Positions 1 to 11,510 are shown, numbered from the stretch's first letter. The stretch is 64,000 nucleotides of DNA from Eledone cirrhosa (GCA_964016885.1 OZ024763.1:806001-870000); one strand, 5' to 3'. The notes: generated from the sequence alone by a model not told the origin. Program-made: numbers and translations.

Positions 1-209
1 TGTGTAACATGTAATAGCAATGAAACAAGTGTTGATCAAATAAATATTTTATAAACTGTTGAACTTGGTGACTTATTTCTTTGTTTTATATATATATATA
101 TATATATAAATAATTTATTTATATATGTGTATAGATATATAAATAAATGTGTGTGTGTATATATACATATAAATATATATGTTTGTGTGTGTGTGTATAT
201 ATATATACA

Positions 210-520
210 TCCGTTTTGGTGACCCAGTGGTATGTATTAGAGGTGAATCCGTTCCTGGTCGTGAGATCGATCTGAATCAGGATATAATCTCACTAAATCT
301 TACTTTTCCCTTTTATAAGAGAAAAAAATGTAAGACCCCTTAACGTATGTCTTCATTGAAAACCAAACCAGGTCCTCCACCGTCTCTAATAACCCCCACT
401 AGGCCACCGTAACAATAACAGCTCCAGAACTAATTGAAATTTAATATATATGAAACTACTTTCTATTAGCAAGCTAAATAGATGTGGTTACATTCATGCT
501 GGTTCCGTCTTATTAACACT
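210..520. repeat. Truncated inverted pair: tRNA-like units plus remnant of GPCR-X TM6 arm
   Basis: Homologous to the 3790-4565 hairpin module; twin at 28340-28640. Confidence 0.7.
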
Positions 521-541
521 ACATAGAGCGGTGTCTTGGCA

Positions 542-729
542 GGGGCGGTGTATTAGCAGAATCGGTAGAGGTTCGGACGCTATGCTTTCCAGCATAGAGT
601 TACGGCCCTTGCCATTCTGAGTTCAAATCCCGCCGAGGTTAACTTTGCCTTTCATCTTTACAGGGTCGATAAAATAAAGTACCAGTAATACACTGGGATA
701 ATTGTTGGCCTTGTGCCAAAATTAGAAAC
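542..729 (+). mobile_element. tRNA-derived SINE (octopod-type)
   Basis: B-box gagttcaaatccc, body gcctttcatctttacagggtcgataaaataaagtaccag, tail ggccttgtgccaaaattagaaac; many copies in window; twin at 28671-28858. Confidence 0.85.
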
Positions 730-769
730 GATATAATATATAAATATTTATATATATATGTGTGTGTGT

Positions 770-1240
770 GTTTTATTTGAACGTACAACATCGCTATATA
801 AATCTGTTTTTATTTGTTAATAATTACATAAATGTAACTCTACAAACCCTGCTAAGGATTGAAACCCTGACTACACATTTACAGCAACAACAACGACATA
901 ATAATTTCTGGTTTAAAATAACCTTGTGTAATTCTTGGTCGAGATTGAACCTCGTCACTTTATCTCACTGTTTAGTCTTTCCAATTAACACCCTATATAA
1001 AAGGCAGTTTGTTCTGACTTCACACCTGATGTTCACAGTTGTCGAAGACTTACCACCACTCATGCTAAACACACTGCCAGTTAGATCTGTGCAGCGATGA
1101 AGGAAGGTCGTGTTATTTCTACCTCTAATGAACAACATACATATGTTATCCATTAGAGAACAATACACAAGAGAAAGAATTAAATTGAGAATGTCAATCT
1201 TTGAAAAGGAAATTTTATTTCATTAACAAATTCAACGGCA
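770..1240 (-). pseudogene. Class A GPCR pseudogene type X, TM1-TM5 (X1)
   Basis: Minus frame ILNLILSLVYCSLMDNICMLFIRGRNNTTF..DLTGSVFSM...NCLLYRVL (TM1 GN-like, TM2, TM3 Cys), then YYVVVVAV..LCNY*QI (TM5-like); frameshifts and stops. Confidence 0.6.
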
Positions 1241-1508
1241 ATACATTGTACTGAAAGGAGAAATTAATTGTAAAGGAACCTTTATGGAGACATCTTACAA
1301 TATTTTTGGGGATGTAAGACCCCCTTAGTTTTAAGAACAAATGTACAGAAACACGAAATAAGAAATTAATTGAAATGGAACACACATAGATTTTAAGACA
1401 AAATGATTGGGGGAAGTGTAAATATGCAGCTATCCTTGTTCATGGAGTGTGTGTATCTATGTATAGTGTTTATTATATTCGTACCTTTAAGGCAAAGGGC
1501 AGGCGGTT

Positions 1509-1540
<32 letters not shown>

Positions 1541-1704
1541 TTACATCGTTTTTTTTTTTTTGTTTTTTTTTTTTCGGTTAGAAAATTACCTCTTATTCCC
1601 CACCCCACAAAAAATATATTTCGAATATGTATGTTTTAATTGAAATGTGGCTAACCATGTTAAAGGCAAAAAGTAGCAAGTGAGACGATAGGAATAATAA
1701 TTTA

Positions 1705-2070
1705 CCTAGCTAAATGCAAACAAATTTTAAATTATCGATGAATGATATGAGCGACACCACGTAGAGTATTCCGTAGGGACATGGACGCACGACAGAAAAT
1801 ATTGAAAGAATCCAGAGAAGAACAAAAAATAAAACAAAAGAATTAAGAAATCTGTCTTGAGAATAAATATGTAAAAACTTAGGAATTACAACTTGGGAGG
1901 AGATAAAACAAAGGGGAGACATGATAGAAATATTTAAGATGATAGGACTTGAAATTACGGAAGAAAATGTAAATCTAAGAAGAGGATACCATGCTCTAAA
2001 GACATCAGAAGAGATATTAGTGAATGGAATAGTTTAAATGATGGAGTAAATGATTATAAAAAGATATGAC
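1705..2070 (+). mobile_element. CR1-clade LINE 3' fossil
   Basis: Degenerate RHHVEYSV.TW..IERIQRR..ELRNLS..KNLGITT.EE..QRGDMIEIFK..SEWNSL, typical of the CR1 ORF2 C-terminus; twin at 29845-30225. Confidence 0.85.
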
Positions 2071-2074
2071 AGAT

Positions 2075-3205
2075 GAAGAACGAATGAATAGATTGAAATA
2101 TGTGATGCTGAGTAAAAGTGAGCAGAAAGCATTGTAGTGAATTTGATCTTGCTATGGCAATAAGAAAAGAACTCAGTAAATCTCGCAACGCTTCAAAATA
2201 TATCAACTAACTTAGAATGGTATCAACTGGCTTGGACATAACTACAGTTTAGTCGTCACTCCATGAATTTGTTAACGGTGAATATATTTTACATGAAAAT
2301 ATACAGAGATCCGTCTTCCATGATGTAGATTACGATAATGTCGGTGAAACTCATTAATTTACTTCAAATACTTTCATTATTGTATGTAGTTAAGTTCGTT
2401 AAAGATTTCGTGTACTAAAAACTTTCGTCCTGTGTTTGTAGTCGGCAAAATATAAACTTGAAAATTCGTTAATTATGCCTGTCTTCCAATCTCATGTTGA
2501 TAAAGTATATCAATCAGAATAATGTCATAGATTTTCTACATTATCGGAATGTCATTTCTAAAACTACGAATTACTTGAAAAATTACAAAACAACACAAAA
2601 ACATAATGTTTACCTTCGAAAGTATATGTCTATAAAATATGTATTATTCGAAGTAAGTTTTAAGAAAACGAGTCAGATGTGAGAGGAGGGGCATTAAACT
2701 ATATTTATGTCGTGAAAAATGTCTAACTTCAGACATTAAATTGCGGCTGAGATTCTTTCTGCCATCAAGTGTTCCTTTGACCGTCAATTTTTAAATATTT
2801 GTCTCTCTTTAAAGATGGATTATCTTTTGAAAAACTAATGTTAGATTATTCGTGGTTGGTCTGTGTGGTTTGTTTTGAAATAGCATCTCTGTCTCATAGA
2901 CAGGTCAAATTTGATCAAGTCGAACATGTCTTTAAAACGAAATATTGCGTAAAAGACACACCTTATGTTTATCTCGGGTATTGCGGTAGATATCCTGATG
3001 TCTCCAGTTTGTAAAGTAATCCACAAAGCAAAAGACAACATCCAGTAAACCTTGGTAATCCAGTTTCGCCGTAGCCGCCATTTGCAATAAAATATATGCA
3101 GAAACAAAAACAAAAGGCTACACTGGACAGTTAATGTATTGAAAATCACAATAAAAATAAAACTACTGAATAAAAATGTCTTACTATCATTATTTAATTT
3201 TTTTC
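2075..3205 (-). pseudogene. Class A GPCR pseudogene type Y, near full length (Y1)
   Basis: LNNDSK (N-glycosylation sequon), TM1 IVIFNTLTVQCSLLFLFL, ICL1 KWRLRR, TM2 ITKVYWML, TM3 RCVFYAIF..LTCL*DRDAI, TM6 LCIFSCKIYSPL, TM7 LIAIARSNSLQCFLLTF; several frameshifts. Confidence 0.7.
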
Positions 3206-3236
3206 ATTTATTTATTGCTAACACATACTTTAACTA

Positions 3237-3271
<35 letters not shown>

Positions 3272-3789
3272 GATAAACTCTCTTTGTTTGTAACTGAGGC
3301 AAAAGTCAGAAATTTACGGGGAGAATTCGATCGATTAAATTGATCCCACTATGTGACTGGTACTATACTTTATCTATCCAAAAATAAAAATGTTAAATTA
3401 ATCAGGGCCAGATTTTCACCGAGATGAGAACGCAAGGTGAAGTAATATCATTTAAAAATTGAGGTGTTATTATTTTATCATTTAGTTACAAAGTCGTGTG
3501 AGTTAAGTATTTAATGTAGTTTGTAGTGCTGTCAGGAGTTCAATATTTAGCTGCGGATATAGAATTTCTTTTATTTTTAAGAAACGAAAAACATATACAT
3601 ATCGCTATTTAGTTGAAATTGTGTAAAATTACTGCAAAACATATCATTGTAGGTTCAGATCTTACACTGCTACATATATTATCTATATAGAAATCAGGTT
3701 TAACAATTTACGGGCGCATTGTACGAGGTGGGAATATTTCACACACACACACACAGATACACACACAAACCAGGTATGATAGATTTAAA

Positions 3790-4565
3790 GTTAGTAAATA
3801 TTATTGTAGACGGGGACATTGTAGGTTCAAATCAACCGTAGAGCGATAAGAAACATATTGAAGATTTAATTTATGAAAGACAGAGTCGACCCTTTTTAGT
3901 ATTTATAACATTGAGTAAGGCATGAACGCCACCACATCAATTTTACTTGAAAATAGTAAAGTAGGTTTTAAAATAAAAATTTTCCATCAATTTTTGTAGC
4001 AAGTTTCGGTGGCCTGGTGGAAGGTATGAGAGACGGTGAAGATCCTGGTCTCGGGTTCAATCTTGGCCAGGACTAGAGGGGTCTTAATGAAAAAATTCAA
4101 AAGTTTTTTTATTTTATCTCTAGTAAAATGAAAAACGTTAGTGTAGCTCCTGGCAGAGATCTTCACCTGACCAGGATCTTCACCGTCTCTAATACATACC
4201 ATTAGCCCACAGAGACTGCCACAAAAGTACTATGAAAATTTATATTTATAAAGCTACTTTTCTATATCCAAGCAAACTTGATGTGGTGGCCTTCATGTCT
4301 TTTTCCATGTTATTCGCACTACCAACGACCGACCTTGTATTTTATTCCTCTGGAGCTTTCAGAAACCTACCTTGTATTTCCAAGCATAACAGATGTTGTG
4401 GCATTCATGCCTTTCTCAGCATTATCAATACTTCAAAAGGGTCGACATTGGATTTTTATTCTTCTGGCAATTTCAGAAAATATATCTTCACTTACTTTCT
4501 CTAAGGTTCATTTCATCCTACAACCCGATAATCTGCAGTGGCCTTCTTCAATAGTCATACCTCAC
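3790..4565. repeat. Inverted-repeat pair of GPCR-X TM6-TM7 segments with tRNA-like inner ends
   Basis: Left arm 3790-4072 is the diverged reverse complement of the right arm 4148-4565. Right arm reads DVVAFMPFS and, after a frameshift, LRFISSYNPIIC (NPIIC 4522-4536); internal ~110 bp tandem duplication. Confidence 0.75.
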
Positions 4566-4604
4566 TATTAAATTTATTGATGTCCTTCGTTAAAAATAAC
4601 CTAC

Positions 4605-5070
4605 TGTAATTCTTGATAGAGATTCAACCCTGTCACTTTATCTCACTGCTTATTCAGGGACCAAGGTCCTCAATCTCGGAGAATATTGATAAGGAGAGAA
4701 GATTGTATCCTTATTTGGTCCGTCTTTCCAGTTAACACGGTATATAAATGGTACTTTGTTGGGATTTAACACTAAGCACGTGATGTTCACCGTTGTCAGC
4801 TAAACACACTGCCAGTTTGCTATCTGCAACGGTGAAAGAAGGTCGTGTTATTTCTACATCTCACATACATTGTTTTATTCATTAGATAACAATATAGAAG
4901 ATAAAGAATGAATGTGAGAATGTCAGTCTTTTAAAAGTATAATTTATTATATTAGAGCAAAATCTTGAATTAACGATAGTTTGTGAAGCAACAATTGTAT
5001 GACAATTAAAATGGACGAAGCAACAATTGTATGACAAATTGTTTATTGATAAGAAGGAGAAATGATTGCA
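4605..5070 (-). pseudogene. GPCR type X pseudogene, N-terminus to TM3/ICL2 (X2)
   Basis: SPLQIAN (eroded SLAxAD) and YHLYTVLTGKTDQIRIQSSLLINILRD (TM3); paralog of X1. Confidence 0.55.
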
Positions 5071-5414
5071 TCTTCAACGGCAATACAATCTATTGAAAAT
5101 CGAACACTTACAGAGACCTCATACAGGATTTTTCGGAATACATTTTGAAGAAAATATGTTTTGAGGAAGAGTTAAAAATAGGGAGATACATATACATGGC
5201 TAGTATATACTTTAATTATCATATTTGTATCTTGAACGTATAAGACGCCAGCATGTTTTAACATCGAATATTGATGTAAAATTGTGTTTTTTTTTGTTTC
5301 ACCCACCCCCAACAAATGTGGAATATGTATCAATTTGAATTTAAAGGTAGCTAACCATCTCACAGGAAAAAAACCACAACACCAAGTCGGATTATAGGAA
5401 TGATGAAATATTAC

Positions 5415-5835
5415 TTTACCTACCTAAATACAGGAATATTAAAACTCTAGATAAATGATATGTGTGATACTACTTAGAATATTATTTGCAGGTATGGTCA
5501 CCCGTCTTCCGAAAGGAGAGAGAAACTATTGAAGGAATCCAGAGAAGAAAAAAACATGAAATACCAGAATTCTTGAGAAGAAAGATGTAAAAAGCTAGGA
5601 ATTACGACTTTGGAGGAGATAAAGCTAAGGGGAGACATGATAGAAATATTTAAAATAATGAAAGGATTTGAAATTACAGAAGAAAATGTAAGAAGAGGAC
5701 ACCATGATACTGTTTATAAGATACAATGCTCTAAAGACATCAGAAAATATATATTTCTCAAAGAGATATTAGTGAATGGAATAGTTTAAATGATGGAGTA
5801 GACGACACAACAGTAAATGATGATAAAAAGATATG
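5415..5835 (+). mobile_element. CR1-clade LINE 3' fossil
   Basis: LEYYLQVWSPVFRKERETIEGIQRR..KKLGITTLEEIKLRGDMIEIFKIMKG..RGH..DIRKY..SEWNSL. Confidence 0.9.
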
Positions 5836-5839
5836 ACAG

Positions 5840-6080
5840 ATGAAGAACGAATGAATAGATTGAAATATTTGTGATGATGAGTAAAAGTGAGCAGAAAGCA
5901 TTGTAGTGAATTTGAACTTGCTATGGCAATAAGAAAAGAACTCAGTAAATCTCGCAATACTTCAAAATATATCAACTAACTTAGAATTGTATCAACTGGC
6001 TTGGACATAACTACAGTTTAGTCGTCACTCCATGTTAACGGTGAATATAATTTCATGAAAATATACAGAGATCTGTCTGC
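5840..6080 (-). pseudogene. GPCR type Y TM6-TM7 fragment
   Basis: ORF 5769-5975 YFEVLRDLLSSFLIAIASSNSLQCFLLTF; homolog of 2075-2320. Confidence 0.5.
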
Positions 6081-6330
6081 CATCCTTTGTGTGTAAATAA
6101 ATGTATGGAAATAGGAAAATCTGAGGACCTTACGATTTTCAGTCACGTTCGATCATCACATCGATCGTGACTCGATTTGGTCACCAGAGAAACGATTGTA
6201 ATATGTCCAATAAATTCCCTTCGTCGCAACACTGATTCTCTATTTTTCTGGGATATCATACTCTACTCTATGAGAGCATCGAGTGCTAATACGGCTTTAA
6301 GCATCCAACACCAATTATATATATATATGT

Positions 6331-6362
<32 letters not shown>

Positions 6363-7115
6363 TCATAAGCCCAAGTGTTTATGATGATAAGGTCCCCCTA
6401 TTTTTGTATATTTATATGTCGATGCCTATTTCCACTTGTCTTCCATCATCGAGTAAAAGTGATCTACATAAAGGATCTGTCTGATGTTGCTATGTATGTA
6501 GGGACGTATAGCTTGCGAGGGAGTCTTGGTGACCCCACGTTGATATTCGGGGTGTCTTGGGTATTTTGTAAAAGCTGACTGATCCCATCTCTACCCTAGA
6601 TCTGATCACAGGAGATATTTACCAGAGAAGGAGAGAAAGTAGGAGAAAGGAAGTAAGAAAGAGATATAGAAGAAGAATCGACCCCAGTACTACACTGGTA
6701 CTTCGTTTTATCTACCTCGAATGGTGCTATAGTGGAACATTAACTTTGATGTACCTATATAAGTCATACCTTTTCTATACGTCTGTGTATGTACAGGTGT
6801 GTGTATGTAAGTGTACGTGGCGTTGCAAGTTCGGTTTTCATAAGTATCTCTGTGAAATTTTAACAAGAGCAAGCATGTGTCCTGATGGTTAGTCAATCGT
6901 TTTGAAGCTGGTATATGGTATGTGTTTTTAATATGTATATATATTTACATAGAAGTGAGTAAATATGAATGTATGGGTATGTATATACATATATAGACAG
7001 TCGATCGACCTTCGTCAGATCGGACCGACGAAACAATGTTTCCACTGGTCTTTCCAATTGCTAATACTATCTATCGGTCGAAACTCCAGGTGGAAATAAA
7101 TAAATAAATAAATTA

Positions 7116-7162
<47 letters not shown>

Positions 7163-7324
7163 ATTAAAATATATATATAATAAAACAAGGACGAATGGGT
7201 ACACCTTCATTACGTTTATTGGTTCGTGGCGCGCGTGTCGCTATTCATCAGCTTAAGGTTCGTTCTGTATCGGTCTAGCCCGACTCTGTAATCAATAACT
7301 TGTATATATATGTGTGTATGTATA

Positions 7325-8375
7325 TATGAAATCGCCCATGGGACACCCTGGGGTAATCTAAATACACAGAGTGTGGGGTTAGCTGTTTTTAAATGATTAC
7401 CCCTCCTCATATTCCCTTGTTTATATACTGTATTTAATACATGGCAACCTTAATACTTAATAATATCGAGATGAAAATATAAATGTTAATACAGTATTCC
7501 AGAAGTAAAATAGAGATCTAATGGGAGGAGGTGAGTATGATAACTTTTATAAGAAATAAAGATCTAAAGACGAGTGAAAACTTTCATCAACGAAATCGTA
7601 ATGTACACCAACGAAAATATATGTCTACAGAATACAGATTATTAAAATAAAGTTAGAGCAAATAAATGAGAGGTCACTTAACTTTACATATTTAGTTTTA
7701 TTTATATCGTGAAAAATGTTGATCTTCAGATATTAAATTGTGGATGTGATTGTCTTTGTCTTTACGTGTTTGTTGGAAATCCTTTTTTAATGTTTCTTTA
7801 AACATTGTCTTTTTAAAAAAATAATTTTAGATTATTCGTACCTCATCTCTGGTCTCTTTTGATGGAGTCTACCTGTCCTGTTTATTGGTTTTATTTTAAA
7901 AGTAATCCATTGGAACATCAGATATTAAATGAAATGTTACGTAAAAGACACACCATATGTTTATTCCAGGTATTTAGAGAGATGTCCACTGACAACAAAA
8001 TAAGGAAATGCCATCATCCAGTAAAACTTGGTAATAATTGTTTCTACGTTTGGCACAAGGCCAGAAATTACCCAGTGTATTACTGGTACTTTATTTTATC
8101 GACCCCGTAAGGATGAAAGGCAAAGTTAACCTCGGCGGGATTTGAACTCAGAATGGCAAGGGCCGTAACTCTATGCGTCAAAGCATGGCGTCCGAGCCTC
8201 TACCGATACTGCCAATCCACCGTAATAATCCAGTCTCGTCACATTTACAGTAAACAATGGTAAGAACAAACAAAAACAAAAACAAGAGAACTATTCAGCA
8301 GTTAATGAAGTGAATACATAAAATAAAAAAAAAACATTCCTGAATAAAATAAATTTTTTACTTTCATTAAATTGT
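7325..8375 (-). pseudogene. Class A GPCR pseudogene type Y, near full length, SINE-disrupted (Y2)
   Basis: FNESK sequon; IWCVFYVTFHLISDV (ECL1 W-C, TM3); GAC AGG TAG = DR* at 7869-7877, 26 codons after the Cys; HLKTANPTLCVFRL (NPxxY-like at 7366-7380). Confidence 0.72.
8039..8221 (-). mobile_element. Young tRNA-SINE insertion, copy-1 specific
   Basis: TSD GTAATAAT at 8031-8038 and 8222-8229; empty site at ~42055. Confidence 0.92.
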
Positions 8376-8509
8376 TTCTTTACTTTCTTTTATAAAACAC
8401 ACTTATTAATAGAAATTAAGCACAGCATTGTAGGTTCAAATCTTACTTGCATGTATATATAGGAACGACGTTTAACAATTTACGGCTACGACGAACTAAG
8501 CTGGAATGA

Positions 8510-9700
8510 GGTATGACATTATTGTAGACGGAGTTGTAGGTTCAAATCAAGCCTAGAGCAATGAGAAATAAAGTCTAGATTTACTTTATGAATTCAAGGA
8601 CGTCCCGAAAAAGTCATGAATGCCACTACATCGAGTTTTCAACCGAACAAAATGTAGTTTTATAAATATTAATTTTCACAACGAATTCGTACAGTCCCTA
8701 TAATTTGCACGCACGCAAAGTTTTTGCATCAATTTTTGCGTTTAAGTCAGGCAAGAGTTATGTTTCTTGGCAAAAATTTCAAGTTTGTTTACAAAAAAAA
8801 TCCTTTTGTTTAAAAAAGTTCGCCTGAATTTTGACCAAAGATTTTCAATCTTTTCACTTCCGGTTTCTGTATTTTTCATAAAAAACAACAATAAATATGC
8901 TAGAAATAGCATCAAAGCAACGCATGTACATGTATACACACATAAATACATATGTTTATTTATTTATTATGAGTACAAATTAAAGTTTAAGCAAAGAATC
9001 GCTGCTTTAAACTTGTTACGGGATCGTCAGAAACAATAGTTTATTTGAATTACTTCCGAACAAAATGTAGTTTTATAAATATTAATTTTCACTACGATTT
9101 CATAACCGTCTCAGTGGTCTAGTGGTAGACATTAGAGACAGTGGTGATATTGATTAGGGGTTCGATCTCTGTCAGGTGTACATGAAAACCTTGTACAGAA
9201 ATTTTGTTTTTATAAAAAATTGAAAAAGTAGGTTTATAAATATTAATTTTCACTAAGTTTTTATAACCGCCTCTATAGACTAGTGATAAGTATTAGAGGT
9301 GCTGGACATTCTGGTCTGGGGTTCGATCTCAGTCAGATTCCTGCAACCTCTATTTTTCGTTCATTTTATGAAAAATTAAAAAAAATTAAATTTCTCGTGA
9401 GATTCCTGACTGAGATTGAACCCCAGACCAGCATCACCACTGTCCCAACACCTACCAATAGGCTACGAAGACAACTACAAAAATACTATCAAAATTAAAA
9501 TTTATAAACCTACTTTCTATTTAAAAGAAAAATTGATGTAGTGGCCTTCATGGCTTTCCCAATGATATTAATTCAAAATGGTTCACTTTCATTTTTATTC
9601 TTCTCAAGCTTCCATAAAATATACCTTATCATTTCTCTAGGGTTGATTTCATTCTACAACCTGATGATCTGCAGAGACATTCATCAATGGTCATACCTGA
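8510..9700. repeat. GPCR-X TM6-TM7 inverted pair with extra tandem tRNA-like units
   Basis: Plus-strand units at ~9108 and ~9269, minus-strand unit at ~9405-9472; ORF 9541-9771 AFMAFPMILI..FHKIYLIISLGLISFYNLMIC = TM6-TM7. Confidence 0.7.
8692..9055. mobile_element. Copy-1-specific composite insertion (possible DNA-transposon end plus Penelope-like end)
   Basis: Begins TA|CAGTCCC; absent at ~42525; followed by a 35-bp direct repeat of 8643-8677 at 9056-9090; 8982-9030 matches 14853-14895 inverted. Confidence 0.5.
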
Positions 9701-9701
9701 T

Positions 9702-9736
<35 letters not shown>

Positions 9737-9829
9737 TATATTTGATCCTGCAATGTTGTGCTCAGCAATAATGGTTTTCAATTCCGTCTTCCCTCCATCC
9801 TTGGTGTGTATATAAATCTATATATGTGA

Positions 9830-10405
9830 TTTCAACGTACAACGACAATATATACATCATTTTTGTTTGATAATAATTAGATAAAACTAATTTTACAACC
9901 CCTCATAAACATTGAAACCACGACTATAAAATATAACAACAACCACGACATAACAGCTTTGGTTAAATATAATTTAATTAAATTATTGCTAGAGATTGAT
10001 CCCTAATATTTTATCTCACTCCTTAACCAGGGAGAAAATGTCCTCGGACTCGGACAATATTGATAAGGAGAGAGTGTATCCCTACTTGGAAAGTCGTTCC
10101 AGTTAACATGGTATATAAAAGGCAGTAAGAGGTGACTTGTTACTCCTACGAACGACATTGTCAGTTAGCCTTCTATAGCGAGGGAAGAAGGCTGTGTGTT
10201 TTTTCTCCTATCACATAACACATACATTTGTCATTCATTAGATATCAATATAGAAGAGAAAGAAAAAATTGAGAGCTTCACTCTTTTAAAAGTAACATTT
10301 ATTACATTAGAGCAAAATCATGAATTAACGATAGTTTGTGACACTAAACATGGAAACACTGCGAACAATTTTGAGACAAGCTAATTACTATGAGGACAAA
10401 TCTTC
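9830..10405 (-). pseudogene. GPCR type X pseudogene TM1-TM5 (X3)
   Basis: VTSYCLLYTMLTGTTFQVGIHSLLINIVRVRGHFLP: Cys to Arg spacing of 24, followed by Pro as in TM3-ICL2; YVVVVVI and LVLSNYYQ downstream. Confidence 0.62.
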
Positions 10406-10769
10406 AACGCCAAGATATTTCTAAAGAAAACTGAAATGAGAAATTGATTGAAATGGAACAATTATTGAGACACCTTAATATTTTTCGGAATATGTCTTAC
10501 CTTATTTTGAAGAAATAAATGTTTCGGGAAAGAGTTAATAAGAAGCTATATATATATACATTGCTTATATATATATATACTTTAATTATTATATTTGTAC
10601 AACGAAGTTATAAAAAGGAAGCATGATTTGGTATCGAATGTGGAGCAAAAAACGAGCTTCTTATACCCCTCACAGAAGAATTGTGAATATGTATGAATAT
10701 GAATTGAAAGATGGCTAACCATGTTGAAGCAAAAGAGGGAGACGGATAATAGAAATAATAAAACATTCT

Positions 10770-11170
10770 GTTCCCTAGCTAATTGCTGAAAAATCTAAAA
10801 TTCTAGATGAATATGTATGATACCACTGAGAAAATTGTCAACCGACATCCGTAAAAACGGTGAGGCTCTTGAAGCAAGCAAGAGAAGAAGAAAACAGAAA
10901 ACACTATAATTATTTAAGGATCTATCTTGTGAAAGAAATGTGAACTTTTGTAAATTTAGAGGAGATAAATCTTAGGGGAGCAGGATAAAAATATAAAGAC
11001 TATTTAAATATTAGTACACTATTCGATATAAATGTCAAGACTTGAAAATATCAACATTAGTTCACTATACCAAGGACAAACACTTAGAATTACAACTTTG
11101 GAGGAGATTAATCAAACGAGTGACATGATAGAAATATTTAAAATAATGAAAGCACTTCAAAATACAGAAT
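10770..11170 (+). mobile_element. Degenerate CR1 3' fossil
   Basis: LRITTLEEINQTSDMIEIFKIMK; twin at ~44365-44770. Confidence 0.7.
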
Positions 11171-11174
11171 TGGG

Positions 11175-11400
11175 GAAGAAAATGAAAATTAATAGATATA
11201 TCAACCTACTTTCTATTTTCGAAGCTTAATTGACGTGGTGGCGTTCATACCCTTCTCAGTCTTATTAATACCGCAAAGGTGTCGACATGTCTTTTACTAT
11301 TCTGTAGTTTTCAGAAAATATATCATGATTTTATTTTTATCTCTTTTGGTTTGATTTGAAGCTATAACCACCTGATGTCCTTCAACTGTCATACCTCAGT
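11175..11400 (+). pseudogene. Orphan GPCR-X TM6-TM7 arm
   Basis: IDVVAFIPFSVLLIPQR; homolog of the hairpin right arms; twin at ~44770-44990. Confidence 0.55.
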
Positions 11401-11510
11401 GTCTAGATGGTGGCCTGGCTTGATGGTTTCTAAACAGATAGCCCTTTAAACTTGTGTTGCGTATGCAATAATCGTATCAGCAAATGATGATGGGACCATG
11501 TTGAAGCAAC

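Noticed and set aside
1508-1575. Poly-G/poly-T tract as a G-quadruplex element
   Set aside because: A simple homopolymer expansion absent from the twin at ~29690; possibly sequencing noise.
1097-3014. Spliced plus-strand secreted peptide (MKE/DIKLRLRFFLPS/NYSWLVCVVCF..) with AATAAA
   Set aside because: The ATG and splice sites are not conserved among paralogs, and the sequence is the antisense of GPCR-Y, whose frame carries the motifs and synonymous bias.
4688-4748. Plus-strand GATA + CArG (CCTTATTTGG 4709-4718) + TATA promoter repeated in seven subunits
   Set aside because: These motifs are the antisense of GPCR-X TM3 codons (for example tta tat acc = LYT); the minus-strand reading explains the whole module. 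An antisense promoter is not excluded but is unsupported.
9108-9178. Functional tRNA gene
   Set aside because: The anticodon stem does not pair and the T and acceptor stems are degenerate in every copy.
11231-11238. CRE/ATF site TGACGTGG upstream of tRNA-like units (vault/7SL-type promoter)
   Set aside because: Present in only a few copies and coincides with D-V-V codons of GPCR TM6.
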